A DNA stretch of 64,000 bases. Source: Octopus vulgaris (lineage: Eukaryota). The stretch is taken from the NCBI GenBank assembly GCA_951406725.2, contig OX597814.1, positions 53,072,001-53,136,000 on the forward strand, given 5' to 3'. Numbering within the stretch: position 1 is the stretch's first letter; each line of letters starts with the position of its first letter. Position numbers and translations under genes: made by a program. The notes below the pieces were generated by a model. The model ran no database searches. It was not told where the DNA came from and saw nothing but the letters and a program-made list of their open reading frames with translations. Below, piece by piece: positions 1 through 12,995 of this stretch.

Positions 1-404
1 TTCTCTGTTGATATCCATCTCAGTTAATTTTGCTTTTCTCCTAGTTCTTTGCTTTCTAGAAGAAAAACCTTCATGTAACTGAGATGTGATGTCAACCTGA
101 AATTTCAAATGGTTGTAGTCTTTTGGTGGTGCAGGTACCTTGTGGCTTTTTATATAAACAATATATGAATTAATTATAGTTAGACATAATGCTGGAGATA
201 TATGAATCACCACACTTTATATCACGATTCCAGTAGTTCCACAGTCAAGGAAGCTGCTTGATACCAAGCATAATGTTTATAGTAAAAAAAAGCTCACATT
301 TCCGCAATATCAGTTGGCTGCCATAGTGGATCGGGTCTTCCACGAATAGAAATTATGTGTTGAGCATATTTATTTGTTTCCTCTGCAACAGTTACAAAAA
401 AAAA

Positions 405-672
405 CTTTCGAGCCTACGCATGTCCTCTGTAGTCACAGCCCTTGTTTTATTGCTGTGAAGCATAGCAGTTCGCACACATGCATCATACACTCTACCTTTC
501 ACTCTGAGCGAGAGGCCCTTTGTCACCAGTAGGGGTAGAAGCTGTCTGAACTTTGCCCAGGTTATTCTTATTTTTGTGGTAACACTCTCAGAGCATCCAC
601 CCCCACTATTAACTTGGTCACCTAGGTAGCGGAAGTCATCAACTACTTCTAGTTATTCCCCCTGGAGCCATA
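405..672 (-). mobile_element. RTE-clade LINE fragment
   Basis: Minus strand reads LEVVDDFRYLGDQVNSGGGCSESVTTKIRITWAKFRQLLPLLVTKGLSL, the typical post-RT F.YLG region of RTE elements. Confidence 0.75.
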
Positions 673-675
673 TCT

Positions 676-872
676 AACTCAAATATTCTATCTGTTCTAT
701 GTTCAAACCAGCTAGATCTGGCCTCTCCCACTTCTCTACACTGATGTTCTAAAAATAGCAATCACAAAATGGAAATCTCAAAGCTATGCAATAAAACATG
801 ATTAATTCTAAAACAAAGTGAATAGATAAGCATTACATTTGACAGAGTAATCTGAATACTGAAGGGTAAAAT
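676..872. mobile_element. ~215-bp MITE family with TTAACCCTT-like ends (piggyBac-like), truncated copy
   Basis: Similar to copies at 6312-6472 (same orientation) and 7706-7925 and 24782-24999 (opposite orientation); ends ...gaagggtaaa. Confidence 0.6.
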
Positions 873-1215
873 TAATACAGTGCTTGTAAACCTATTCCTA
901 AATAAAATCTGTACTGGTGAGTTTAACAGACTATAAGGAAAAAAATAAGATTTTGTGAACCTAGGATGAATCCTTTGAAACTAATTTTCAGCTACATCAT
1001 CATTCAGTTTCACTGAAATTATAAGGAATTTGTGTAATTTATTTTCACATCCTATTTCTTCATTAATGTTTGTAAGTAGATTATTATATGATTATATTCA
1101 TTGGTTAATTTGTTTCATATTTATGATTTTATGGTTATTTTAATTTCTTGGTATATATTTTGTTTCTGTTAGGTGACAATATTGATGGATTTATATGCTG
1201 TTTCATTTTTCACAG

Positions 1216-1325
1216 ATAATCCTTCTGCAGAGAAATTTCAGTATAAAATTGGATTCCAAGGAAACTTTTAAAAACAAAATGCGAAACTATATTGAAGCCC
1301 TCCATAAAATATCTGGTTGTTTAAA
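1216..1325 (+). CDS. NECAB: NECAB-family (N-terminal EF-hand Ca-binding protein) gene, internal coding exon, start of ABM domain: IILLQRNFSIKLDSKETFKNKMRNYIEALHKISGCL(N)
   Basis: tttcatttttcacag acceptor, AA/gtaag donor, 110 nt open frame (phase 0 to 2) that joins the next exon in frame. QR..S and SGCL match the vertebrate NECAB ABM domain as recalled. Confidence 0.85.
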
Positions 1326-1688
1326 GTAAGATATTTAAAACTAAATATATGTACTGTGTATCTTATATACACATATTTTAAATATATGTATTAGTATTAT
1401 GTCTCTGTGAGGTGAGAAAATTCATACATGTAAACTATTAATTTTGAGACTTAGAAATAAATTTAAATTGTAAAATTGTGATGCTAACTCACCTGTTTAT
1501 CAAATAAGGGATCACATATTCCACACAACTTTGAAGACATGAAAGCCTGAACAATATGTTGACAATTGACAGCAATACTGCCTACTGCACTTTTGTACAA
1601 ATGTATATTGTGCAGGCATGTATGTGTATATTGTACTAATGTAAACATAAATATATGCACACATACACAACACATATGCACATACATG

Positions 1689-1744
<56 letters not shown>

Positions 1745-2230
1745 TGGTGGCTGTCAACTTGTAGACAAATATGACCATTACTGATAAATTATCTTTTCCT
1801 AGACGTGTTAAAGACAATGGCTATTAGCAATGTCCATGCTGAAATTTAAAGTCAAAGTAGTTTACACAACACAATACCACTAAGACTCTTATCTTCAAAG
1901 CCAAGTAGTCCAGAAACAAAAAGAACAAGATCTCTAGCTTCGCAATGAGGTGGGTGTTGTTTCAGAATTTCCTTTTCTTAGAGAGATGTCTAAACATAGA
2001 CTAGAGCATCTCTCATTCCCATTTGTTGGATGGCCCTTGCCTCTCCTGAGTACATCCATCCTTTGACAGGTTTTGTTTTTTTATCCTACTGAGTGTCCAA
2101 TGAAAACCACCATCCTTAGCAAGCAGCTTGGTAGGGTTTTCAGTTTAGTCTTTGATGGCCCAACCATGCTACAATGCAACATGTTGTACTGGGTTACATG
2201 TTACCAGTAGCACTAAGAGTGACCAGATAT

Positions 2231-2293
<63 letters not shown>

Positions 2294-2632
2294 GCACACA
2301 CACAGGTAAGGAATTGAGGGGACTGAAATAAAACTGCCTCCAATTGTTTGAATAATTCAAGGATGACTTTCAAATAATATTATAGTTACTTCTCACCCTA
2401 ATGAAAAGTTGCTGGCCCTCTGCCTTGTGATTACTATCACCATATTGAAGGGTGGATTGTCTGGTTTGTGAGAAGTGACTTAATAGTGTTGCGGGTACTT
2501 TACTAAACATGTCAAATGGTAAAACGAATCATTGTAAATTCATTATAATTATGAACTTTTGATTTTTTTGAGAATATGTTTACATTTCTTTAGCTTCTTA
2601 TTATCAGTGTCTGGATTTTCATTTTGTTTCAG

Positions 2633-2710
2633 CTCCAGTGTACGTAGTTTCAAAAACAGTGGCAAGTTAACCCTTTATGAAGTTTGGAGTTCTGAGTTCC
2701 AGCAAGCAAG
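2633..2710 (+). CDS. NECAB: NECAB-family coding exon: (N)SSVRSFKNSGKLTLYEVWSSEFQQA(R)
   Basis: ttttgtttcag acceptor, AG/gtacag donor, 78 nt (phase 2-2); YEVW is the ABM-domain YExW motif. Confidence 0.87.
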
Positions 2711-4812
2711 GTACAGTAATGGGTGTGTGTGTTTGTGTGTTGTATACTGTTAGGAAAATCTTTTCTATTCTAATGACTATTGACTTAAAGCTTTTAATAC
2801 TAATTATATTGGTGAAAATTTAAGAAGTTTTAGAAACTATTTTTACTTCTGTTCTTTTTAATCAGCATGAGTTGGGTCTGAAAATTTTTACACTCACTTA
2901 TAGATATTTCAAACAAATGTACTGAAACACTATTGAAAGTACCTTTTAGCCAGATCAATGAGAATAAGCTGATATATGTCTAATAGAATTATACACTAGC
3001 TGTAAAGAATTTTGAAATCTTGTCTTTAATCTCACAGCTACTCTCTGTCTCTCTTTCTAACAAACAATTTACTATTAATATACAGTTATTGTTACTTCAT
3101 TTGCTGTCTTAGGCTCAACTAAGTTGGATCTGATTATGATATATTGCAATGTATCACATTTGTTCAACATTATTAGTAGAGCACCAACAACACAAAGGGC
3201 TATGTAAAAAAATAAAATAGAAGAAAAATATTTGCAGGCAAATGTGTGAGTGGAGCTATCTTATTCTAGCTGTATTATTTGAAGATAATTGATAGGAAAC
3301 ATCAGATACTCTTAAATGATTTTAAGGAGAAATTTTAATGAAAAATTCTTGTATCTTTAGTGAATAATTAAATAAATTATATACCTTTTAGACTCAAGCT
3401 GTTATATTGTAGAAACTTGGCAGGAGTATGTGAAGAAGAAAGTTTAGGGGTAGGATGATAGTACATTGCAGTTTGTTTAAGTGTAGTGTGTGACAGTCAA
3501 GAGCCTTCAATGTAAAAGTAATGGTGTAAATTTTATTGTAAAATTTCTTGAAATTTGAGACATAATACTTGAAGTTGTTCACAGTAACTTATGGTTAGAC
3601 ATAAGCTTTTGGAAATATTTTGTAATAGAAGATAAGATTGAAGCTCTAAGTTGTTTTAGTTTAACCTATTAATTTATTATCGATCAATTGTTTGTATCGA
3701 AATGTATATAAACTCTCTGGATATTCACCTCATGTTTAGTAATGTCAACCATGTCAGATTTAATGGTACAGTATCCTCTGTGATATTGTAGAATTCCATA
3801 ACATGTAACTGATTTTTTAATTGACTCCTCCACTGGCCAAAATAAGTTTAAGACTGATGATGACAGTTCTGTTCATTCATTAATTTATTTTTAACAAAAC
3901 TGTATTAAAATATTTTACTTTTTTTAAAGTCTATGTAGAATTTTTTTCTCTTTCAAATGATATAGGTGTTATATATCTTTCTACAATTTGAATAATTTTA
4001 ATGTGCAATTAATTCAAATGATTAAAAATTGACAGCAAAATAAGTTCAAGACTGTACCAACATTATTTTGTTTAAATTGAAAATTTATGGCACAAATGAT
4101 CAATGAACAAAAATTCATTATTAGTATCTAGTTCCATAGCCATTAATTTCAATTACGGCCTTACAATGGCAGGACATGGGAGTTTGACAAATGAGCACAA
4201 AAATCACTTGGAATGTTCTGTCATATTTCTTCAATAAAATTATATAATTGGGACAAATTTGTTGCTTTTTTTTTAGCATGAACTCTTTTAGCAAGGAGAG
4301 CCCATTCTTTGCCAATCTTTGTATTGGCCAGTGGCTTAGTAAAACTTCTATGCTTGAACACAAGCTGTTTTGCTGCATCCTAATTGCTTGCTAATGTTCA
4401 TGGAGGACACATTTTACTGATGAAGCAACACAATCCTTGATCTAGTAACCGGGCTGATATTATGATGCTTTCTCATAGTGAATTAATGTGTAACAATGCT
4501 TGATTATTAAACAAAACAGTACAGTATGACCAGTCATATGACCACCCATTTGGTTTATTAATTTGCATAATCTTGAACTTATTTTGCTGACAACTTTTAA
4601 TCATTTGAATTGCAGATTACAATTATTCGAATTATAGAAATATATATCATACCTATATTATTCGAAAGAGAAAAAGATTCTACATAGACTGTAAAAAGTA
4701 AAATAATTTTTATACAGTTTTGTTTATATAGTTTTATTAACGAAAGAATAGAATTGTTATCATTGGTCTTAAACTTATTTTGGCCAGTGTATGTTATATG
4801 GAGTCAATCAAA

Positions 4813-4898
4813 CCATTTAGCTTAATTGTAGAGTACTCAGCCAGTATCAGAGGGGTATGGGTTCGAATCCCTTAGCCATCTGTTGGCAACTTTTTTTC
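4813..4898 (+). repeat. tRNA-derived Pol III-like unit (probable SINE head), not a functional tRNA
   Basis: A-box-like TAGCTTAATTGTAG, B-box GGTTCGAATCC and a T-run; acceptor stem does not pair. Confidence 0.5.
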
Positions 4899-5340
4899 CG
4901 TCTTATAAAAGTAAAATATCCAATCTTTCTGCTGTTTTCATGGCTATACTCCTTTTGTAATTTACTTTCTTGTCTGTATAATACTAAACACATTCGACGT
5001 TTGTTTATAAAAAGGGAAAATATGTTTCGTGATATGAAACTGAATGTTATGGCAACATTTTCAGGAAGACAATGCTTTCAGAATGTTGGGGATTCCTGTA
5101 ATTACATTAAAATATGATGTATATTCTGAAATAGTTATTCAATGTATTGTATTGTCGAAAGAATATTAACCACTCTGCTGAAATTTGAGTGGAAATTTCA
5201 GATCAGGGGAAACTACTCTTGCTAACGATTGGTTTTAAATTGTTTATTAGGTTGTAACTTTCTTTTGAGACACTGATTATCAGACATTTTCAGGCTTTAT
5301 GTTTTTCTCATTTTCAGTTCTTTATAAAATCTGAAAGTTC

Positions 5341-5980
5341 ATCATCATCATCATCATCATCAAACGTCTGTTGTCCACGCTGGCATGGGTTGGACGGTTT
5401 GACTGGGCTGGCCTGCTGGAAGGCTGCACCAGACTCTAGTCTGATTTGGCATGGTTTTCTACGGCTGGATGCCCTTCCTAACACCAACCACTTTGAGAGT
5501 GTAATGGAGGATTTTACGTGCTACTGTCATGAGTACCAGTTTGTGTGACATTGGTATCTGCCACGAATGTGATTTTTGCTCAGCTTGATGGGTCTTCTTC
5601 TCAAGCACAATATAATGCCAAAGGTCTTGGTCATTGCCTTTGTGAGGCCCAACACTTGAAAGGAACTCCACCACTTTGCCTTCATGAGGCACAGTGCTCA
5701 AAAGGAACTCAGCCACTTTGCCTCCATGAGGCCCAACATTCAAAAGATGTTCTTTATGTGCCACCAGCATGGGTGCACTTGGCTTGACGGGTCCTCTCAA
5801 GCACAGTGCATCGCCAAAGGTCGTGGTCATCAGTCATTGCCTCTGTGAGGTTCAAAGTTCGAAGATCATGCTCCACCACCTCGTCTCATGTCTACCTCTA
5901 CTATATGTTCCCTCTACATTTAGAGATCAGCACTTCTTTACACAACTGTCCTTGTCCATACTCATAACATGACCATAGCA
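5341..5980 (-). mobile_element. SINE 3' part (Nin-domain-like, (TGA)n tail) fused to ~39-bp tandem repeats and an RTE 3' remnant
   Basis: ggaagggcatccagccgtag and caacccatgccagc motifs shared with 12795-12870 and 35832-36000; three copies of tgcctt..tgaggcccaaca..aaaggaact; minus strand reads YGHVMSMDKDSCVKKC. Confidence 0.65.
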
Positions 5981-6311
5981 GCGCAAACATTTGACATAAT
6001 GTTTAGTGGCATTTCATCCGCCTTCATGTTCCAAGTTCAAATTCTGCTGAGGTTAACTTTGCCTTTCATCCTTTCAGGGTCAATGTAATAGACTAGTACC
6101 TTCTCCTCCAAATTTCAGTCTAGCAGAATAGACAACTAGAGAAAATGCTTTACAATATTTGTTGTTCCAGTAAATATTCTGGGTTCAACTTTCACCACTG
6201 TCAACTTTGCTTTTCATCCTTTCAGGATTGATAAAATAAATTACCAGTCAAATATTGGGATTGATAGTCTCAACTTACCCTCGACCTTCAAAAATGCAAA
6301 CTTTGAGCTCA

Positions 6312-6472
6312 ATCCTTTAGCATTCAAACCAGCCATATCCAGCCAAACTATTTTACCATTTTTATGTTCAAACTGGACAGATCTGGCCTTGAGCACCAAC
6401 CCTACAATATTCTCCTAAAAATTAACAGTTACCCCATCAAAATCTCAAAGCTACAAAATAATGCATGATTAG
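6312..6472. mobile_element. piggyBac-like MITE copy
   Basis: Starts cctttagcatt; similar to 676-872. Confidence 0.55.
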
Positions 6473-6539
6473 TTCTCCCTCTAAAGTAATCCCTTCTCTT
6501 GTTTCTTGAGTACGTATTTCGTACTGTTCTCTAAAATAA

Positions 6540-7250
6540 TTTCTTTCCTGTCATGTTCTTTCTTGTTCCTGGTTGCAATGGCTATTCACTGCTATTTCTC
6601 TTACACCCTTCGGGCAAAGTCTGCCATCTTCGTCCATTTCTAGCTGTTGCTTCCACACCTCTTCCCCCACCTCTCAGACTTTCATTAGTTTATTCCATGT
6701 GTTTGACCATTTGATGACACACGAAAATTTGCACAGCTAAACTAAGAATTTCTCTTGTTTTTAATTGCCTCATTCATTCAAACTCATCTATTCTCTAAAG
6801 TAATTCTTTCTTGTTTGTTCTGTCCCTAAAATGACTAACCTTGTCTCTTGGCTACATGTATCTCTGGGTCCATCTAACTCTCATTCTGTTGACACTAATC
6901 ACTGTTCTATATTGTATGTTACATTCTTCACCAGGTAAAAATTCAATATTCATAGTCAACTGCCAAGCTCATTCTTGGTGAGTATGAAGTCTATCTGGTT
7001 TGCATATTCATCTGATTGGTTGGTGAATTGATGGCTGGTCATCTTCCTGCGGTTAGTGTTACTGATGGTTAGGTCATTTGTATCATAAAGCTACAAAAGC
7101 TTTGTTACCTTTTCATTGCTTGTATTATATCTCTATGTATGTCAGAGTATCCATCAGGATGAAGCCAATGTAATTCATTACTGAGATAATCTGCAAGAGC
7201 ACTTTATAGAGATGATCCCTTTGTTCATATGACTGTTTTGATTAGGTTTT
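6540..7250 (-). mobile_element. Degenerate RTE LINE (APE endonuclease region and downstream)
   Basis: Minus strand reads YDTNDLTISNTN...ANQIDFIL, APE endonuclease motifs, with stops. Confidence 0.55.
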
Positions 7251-7705
7251 ATATGTTGAGATCACTGTTGCTGTGGTGTTGTTTTAGATAATTAAGTTTA
7301 GACCGGTCATATACAGCACAACATACTCAAGACTATTCATTTCTTAATTCATCTGTTTCTCTGTGAGCAGAGAAATAGGAAGAAAAGTAATGAAAGAGAG
7401 ACAAATTGTGCATGATGTAGGAGAGCAAGTCTGGTAGATCTGGCTCTATAGAAACCACACTGGCACCCTTTGTGGAAAGAAATCATCTTAATATGATGAA
7501 TAATGTGGTTGGTCTGTTTGTGATGGTTTCTGTCACTACTGAAATGTTAGAAGTGCACTTGATAGGCTGGTAGTTGGGAAAGTCAAAAAGGTTTATTAGT
7601 TCTAGGTGGAATAAATATACTGAGGCATACTTCCTTTGGTCCATTGTTGAGAGAAAAAGGTTGAAGTGTTTTGTGAGGACAGTGAACATTTCAAGAGAAT
7701 ATTGT

Positions 7706-7925
7706 TTAACACTTTAGGACTCAGACTTTTCTGTCAAATTTGATTTGTATTTATTCACATTGTTTTGAATTCATCATGCATTATCTTGTAAATTTGGAGA
7801 TTTTTATGATGTGCTTGTATATTTTTAGAATGACATTGTAGGGTGGGTGTAAGAGTCTGGACCTGGCCAGTTTAAACATAAAACAGGCAGAATATTTGGG
7901 ACATATATGGCCAGTTTAAATAATA
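7706..7925. mobile_element. piggyBac-like MITE copy, inverted relative to 6312-6472
   Basis: Reverse-complement similarity to 676-872 and 6312-6472. Confidence 0.6.
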
Positions 7926-8957
7926 GAGTGTCGAGGATGATAGAAGGAACATTGTCAAGTTCGATCACTTTATTAAACTAAGTGCTCACACTTGCTAACT
8001 GTGCATGTAAAGTGGTGAAGTAGATGGTCTTGAGAGAGGGCATGTTTAGAAGGTGTGTCAGTGTGTACATACAGTGACTCTGTATATTATTATTACTAAT
8101 ACATAGTTTATTCTCTATGGAAGGGTGAAAAGCAAAGATCTTTCAAGAAAAATATAAACTTAGAAACTGATTTTGTTCTAGACAAGCATTGATATGATAT
8201 TCTGATTCTGCAATGTTCTCCAGATTTCTGGCTGTCATGTTCGGATATATATATATACACACATACAAAGAAAAAGAAAATGGAGATTGGAAAGTTAATA
8301 ATTGTTTATTACCAACAGTAAATTAATCATCTTCACTTACAGCTGTTTCAGTTATGTATGTATGTATGTATGTATGTGTGTGTGTGTGTGTATTATCCTT
8401 TCATATGATCTCTTATAATATAAAGCTTGTTTCAATAAAATATCTCTTGAAAATATTGTAAAACATCTTAGTTATATGTCATAAATATTAATAAGTATGA
8501 AGAATAGGCTTTCTAGTCATATTTGTGTTAATACTTGAATTTTAATTGTATAAATTAGTAAGTTATATAGATTGCAGTGTATAACATAGTGGCGTGGGGG
8601 CGGGGGGCTTTGTGTCCCCATGGCTGAAGTATTGCTACATGACAGCTACAGTCTGTCGAGAGTTTTGATTGTGTTGTTGTTGTTGTCCTACTCTGATTGC
8701 GTATGATTAAAAATGTTCCTGCTGTAATCAGCCTGTCTCTGTGTATCAGGAATACATTGTCTTTCTTTATTTAACTCATTTAGGTGTGATTTGAGAGAAA
8801 CTAGACTGTTATTTCTTGCAGGTTGAAGATCTTGCAGAAGCTCCTCATTTCTCCATGAAATTTTGATTGTCATTAATAGTTACTGTGTGTATATCTCTCT
8901 CTGTAACCATGTGTGTATCCCTATAGCTGAAATGTCACTATTGTACATCTGCTACAG

Positions 8958-9049
8958 GTTTGCTGAGAGCAGTGAATGGAAAACTTTTGAGGAACAAATT
9001 TCTGAGATGTTGGATGACGAAATTGAAGTCAAGACAATGAATATTCCAG
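8958..9049 (+). CDS. NECAB: NECAB-family coding exon: (R)FAESSEWKTFEEQISEMLDDEIEVKTMNIP
   Basis: ctacag acceptor, CAG/gtaagt consensus donor, 92 nt (phase 2 to 1); KTF...TM.IP resembles NECAB KTF...TMLVP. Confidence 0.87.
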
Positions 9050-10435
9050 GTAAGTTTTATTCATAGTAAATACGTTACAGAGTTTAAAACATACTGTATA
9101 GTGTTGACCATGTAGGAGTGCTATCATGTATTGGTGCAATTCTTGTTGACATAAAATTTTATGCAATCAAAGGAATATTTTATGCAATCAAGAGGAATTA
9201 CTGCTAACATAATCCAGACAGTGCTTTATTGTGTAATAGACTCCAAGTTGGAGCCTTGTCTTATTGACTCATCAGGGAGTAGTGATTTAAGCCATTATAG
9301 AGTATTACTTTGTTTCCATAAAATGTTGCTAGCATCTAATTGAGCCTATGATAGAGAAATGTTATATTAGCAATTTATGGAAATATTACCATAAAAGAAC
9401 AATGCCATGTAGGTACTACCATGTAGCTTCTATTATGCACATCCCTGGAAGTGACTACATATTGGAATTGCAAGGCTCTTTCACTTTAAATACTATTTGT
9501 GGAAACATTGACAATAGAAATGTTTGTTCCACTACTAAGATTGTATATTGTATGTGGATGACTGATCAAATTAGAATGAGTAAAACAAGTCAATGAAAGG
9601 ATATAATTCCGATGCAGATTAGTGAAGGATGTGGTTCATTGTACAGAAGCTTTCTTTTGTGGATCTCACTACAGGATAACAATATGATTTAGGTGTATTA
9701 TTACCTTAATTTTATTTTTATTTATTGCTAATTCATTTTTTAAAGTTTTAATACTTTATTTATTAACTATCGCTTTATTCTCCTACATAAAGTTTGTCAT
9801 TTTTGGTCGATCCCACCCTTTTACTTGATGTAAATCCCAATTATTTTTATTCGTATTTCTTTTTTTATCAACTTTTCTTTTCCTCTTTTTGGGGTCAATA
9901 AAGTACCAATGAAGTACTGAGGTTGATGTAATGAGTTTCCCTTCCCTCACAAATTTGAGATCTTGTGTCTATGTAGGAAATTATTGGGCAGTAGATTGGC
10001 AGAATCATTAGAATGTCACAAAATGCCTTACAGCATTTGTTCCTGCTTTTTGGATTCTGAGCTCAAAGCCTACCAAGGTTACTCTTCATCCCTCTAGGAT
10101 CAGTAAAATAAAGTACCAGTCAAGTACTTGAACTAATTTAATTGACTAACCACCTTGCCTCAATATTTGTGGCCATGTGCCTGTGTTAGAATCAATTATT
10201 ATAATTATTAATCATTGTTATTATTGGTATTGTTGAAATGTAATTGCCAAGTAGATAAGGTATGAAATTTGTTACCCTCATATCATATGTTCATGTTTAC
10301 ATTGCTTTTGTATGCTTTGTCTGGACATGATTTCAGAAGTTTTAGTACCACTGAAATACCAAGTCAGTTCATTTAATTGTAACCCTTCTGTTATCAAAAA
10401 TCCTGTCTCTACTTAAAATAGCATTATGGGCATCA

Positions 10436-10440
<5 letters not shown>

Positions 10441-10486
<46 letters not shown>

Positions 10487-10705
10487 TCAGAGCTCTTGGT
10501 CTTACTTGCTCCAGTTAATTCTCTGAAAGTGGATAGCAACCTATTGTCAAAGGTCTCTCAGAGTCTCTTTCCATGAATTATAAAATCCTTGCTGTCCCTA
10601 ATCAATTTTTTTAGTATGCTCTACCCTCATGTCAATTTCAATTTCTTTGACATATTTCTTGAACTTGGTCATTAGTGCTCAGAATGCCCTTACAACTAAC
10701 CCTAC
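10441..10705 (-). mobile_element. Old Dong/R4-like RLE LINE 3' remnant with (TAA)n tail
   Basis: Minus strand reads KFKKYVKEIEIDMRVEH...LGTARIL, parallel to LLGTAHIL in the 46 kb element; ends in (TAA)n. Confidence 0.6.
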
Positions 10706-12969
10706 AACTTAATATTATTATTAGACAAAAGTAATGGACAGCAAAATCAGTTGAGTGATGGACAAGTTGCCTCGTAATATTTAGTTACGTCTTTTTATGG
10801 TCTGATTTGAAATCCTTGGAGGTCAGTTTTTATCTTTAATCTCTCTAGGGTTGAAAAAATACATATGGGATTGATATAATCAGCTATAGTCCAAGCTTTG
10901 TGTTTGGATTGGCAGAATTGTTTGAGCATCAGACAAAATTCCTTGCAGTATTTGTTCTGGCTCTTTACATTCTAAGTTGAAATTTCTCTGAGATCAACTT
11001 TGCCTTACATTTCTGGAGTCACTAAAATATTGAGGGCAATTTAAATCAAGTAACCCCCTCCCAAATTTCAGGCTTGTGTTAAACTCAGAAACAATTATTA
11101 TCATTAAGGACTGTGGATCAACTGAAACATTAGAGAATCAGAAAAAAAAAAATCTTTGCGTTTTTGTTCCATCTTTGTTCCAGCTCTTAACTTTCAGAGT
11201 TCAAATCCCACCAAGGTCAGTTTTGCAATTAATCTTTTTCGATGACTATATATCCTTACAAAAAGGATCTAATGTCAAAAAGAATTTGTCTTTGCAAAAT
11301 ATTGGATTCACTTTCTCATTATATGTGTTTAATACTGAACACGTCAGTTCTGTTTATGAAAAAATATTTTGTCTTAATGTAAATTAATTTGGTGGTTATT
11401 ACCCAAAATGAATGAGAAGTATGTGTTCAGTAACATGTGCCTACTGATTTTGAGTTTAGTTGAAAACATTTTCAAATTAAATATAATTGAAGCCATACAT
11501 TCTTTTGTCTTATTTTCTTTTTAAAAGCCCTGAAACTTTTGCAGGCCATCTGAGACTGGAGGGTTGGAAGTGGGGAAGGAATCCTGACCCATTGCATATG
11601 ACTGTAAGACATAGTCCATCAACATGTACTACCCTCAAGGTAGACAACTGGTCAGAATGTTTGCAATACAATAGTCTCTACTCCAGGCACCCATGAGCCA
11701 GGTGGTAAACCAGGCTACAAGTTAGGTCTCACGCAAGAATGAATAGAGAGTGATGGGCATTTGCAAAGGCTCTGTCTTGTTGATTAAATTCGTAAGACTT
11801 GGATTGGCTCAAGGCTATTGTGAAAGACTCTTACCTTGAAACAACATTATTTAAAAAGCAGACATCTAAACTACATGTTCATGCTTTCATTTTTCAGACA
11901 ATGGTGTATGCCTGACAAAAAAAACACAACAAAAAATCAATGAAAATTACGTAAGATTCTATACATGTATCTTTCCATGTATACTTATATACATACATAA
12001 TCTTATATTCATTGCGAATATAAGATAATCTTATATTCTATTTGCTCAATGCAGTTACCAGACCCTCCTCAAAACTTTTCTTCCTATCTTTAAAATTGGA
12101 ATTATATATGCTTAAGTTATACATTTTATGCTAGCATGTGCACAATGAAAATAATATGTGAGGAATTCTTATGGAATTCTTTTCTGGTTGCCTTTCTCTT
12201 TGCTATTTGTCTACTCAGGCAGAGCTAACAAATGTCATATAATATCAAAGGAGTATCTGTATGGCTCCTCAAGCCACAAAAAATTGCAACCAAACTATCT
12301 TTCAAATTTTACCCTATTGTCTTAAAAACACAAAAGCCATTAAAAGAAACCATTATTCACAGGTTTGCTTGACCTGGGCTGACATGGATTCTAAAGAACA
12401 ACAGATTTGTCTCTCACTCTCCTTTCACACTCTTGCAAACCCCCTGCCTGCTTACCCTGTCCAATCTTCAGTACCACTTATATTCACCCTGCTGTACCCT
12501 GAGGGTACACCCTGACATATTCTTACCACCATCTTCTCCCTCATTTTCTCTCTCTCTATCTCTCCTCCATTTTCTGACTAGGGTAGCTATGTATCTCCTC
12601 TACAGCAGACACCTGTTTCTGTCTCTCATCACTTGGCATGATAGCCACCTCTCTCAATACTACTTCCCCTCTCGGTTGAAGGGCTTTGTCTTGTCTTGCA
12701 AGCTTCTCCAGCGCCATGTAAAAACTACCCTTTACACTCTGTAAAGTGGTTAGCAAAGCAGACACTAGAACTTGGCTCAGTCTTCTGGCTTTCCAGCTCT
12801 GTCAAACCGTCCAACCCATGCCAGCATGGAAAACAGACGTTATTTGGTGATGATAATGTTGATGATGATTATGATGGTCATATTTTAGTTTTGTTGATTA
12901 ATGTCTAAGATTTAAAAAAAACAGAATTACCCAACTAAACAAAATGAAATATATGATTTCTCTTTACAG

Positions 12970-12995
12970 CGCATTGGTGGCAGAAGAGTTTCTGA
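12970..12995 (+). CDS. NECAB: NECAB-family terminal coding exon: (A)HWWQKSF*
   Basis: tttctctttacag acceptor; the phase-1 join gives P-A-H-W-W, matching the NECAB C-terminal PASWW motif, then TGA. Confidence 0.85.

Noticed and set aside
1484-1784. ORFs rich in CV/HT/YI repeats (also ~19.2, 29, 41, 44, 52, 56, 60 and 62-63 kb)
   Set aside because: Translations of (CA)n, (TA)n, (TCTA)n and (TGTA)n microsatellites; not genes.
3854-4425. CTGATGA occurrences at ~3854 and ~4417
   Set aside because: No properly placed GAAA or stems; expected by chance.
5625-5750. Regularly spaced repeats as a possible CRISPR array
   Set aside because: Contiguous tandem units without unique spacers, eukaryotic context, no cas genes.
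5459-5972. Overlapping ORFs with repeated HEAQ/PHEGK motifs
   Set aside because: Produced by a ~39-bp tandem repeat inside a SINE/RTE-derived element.
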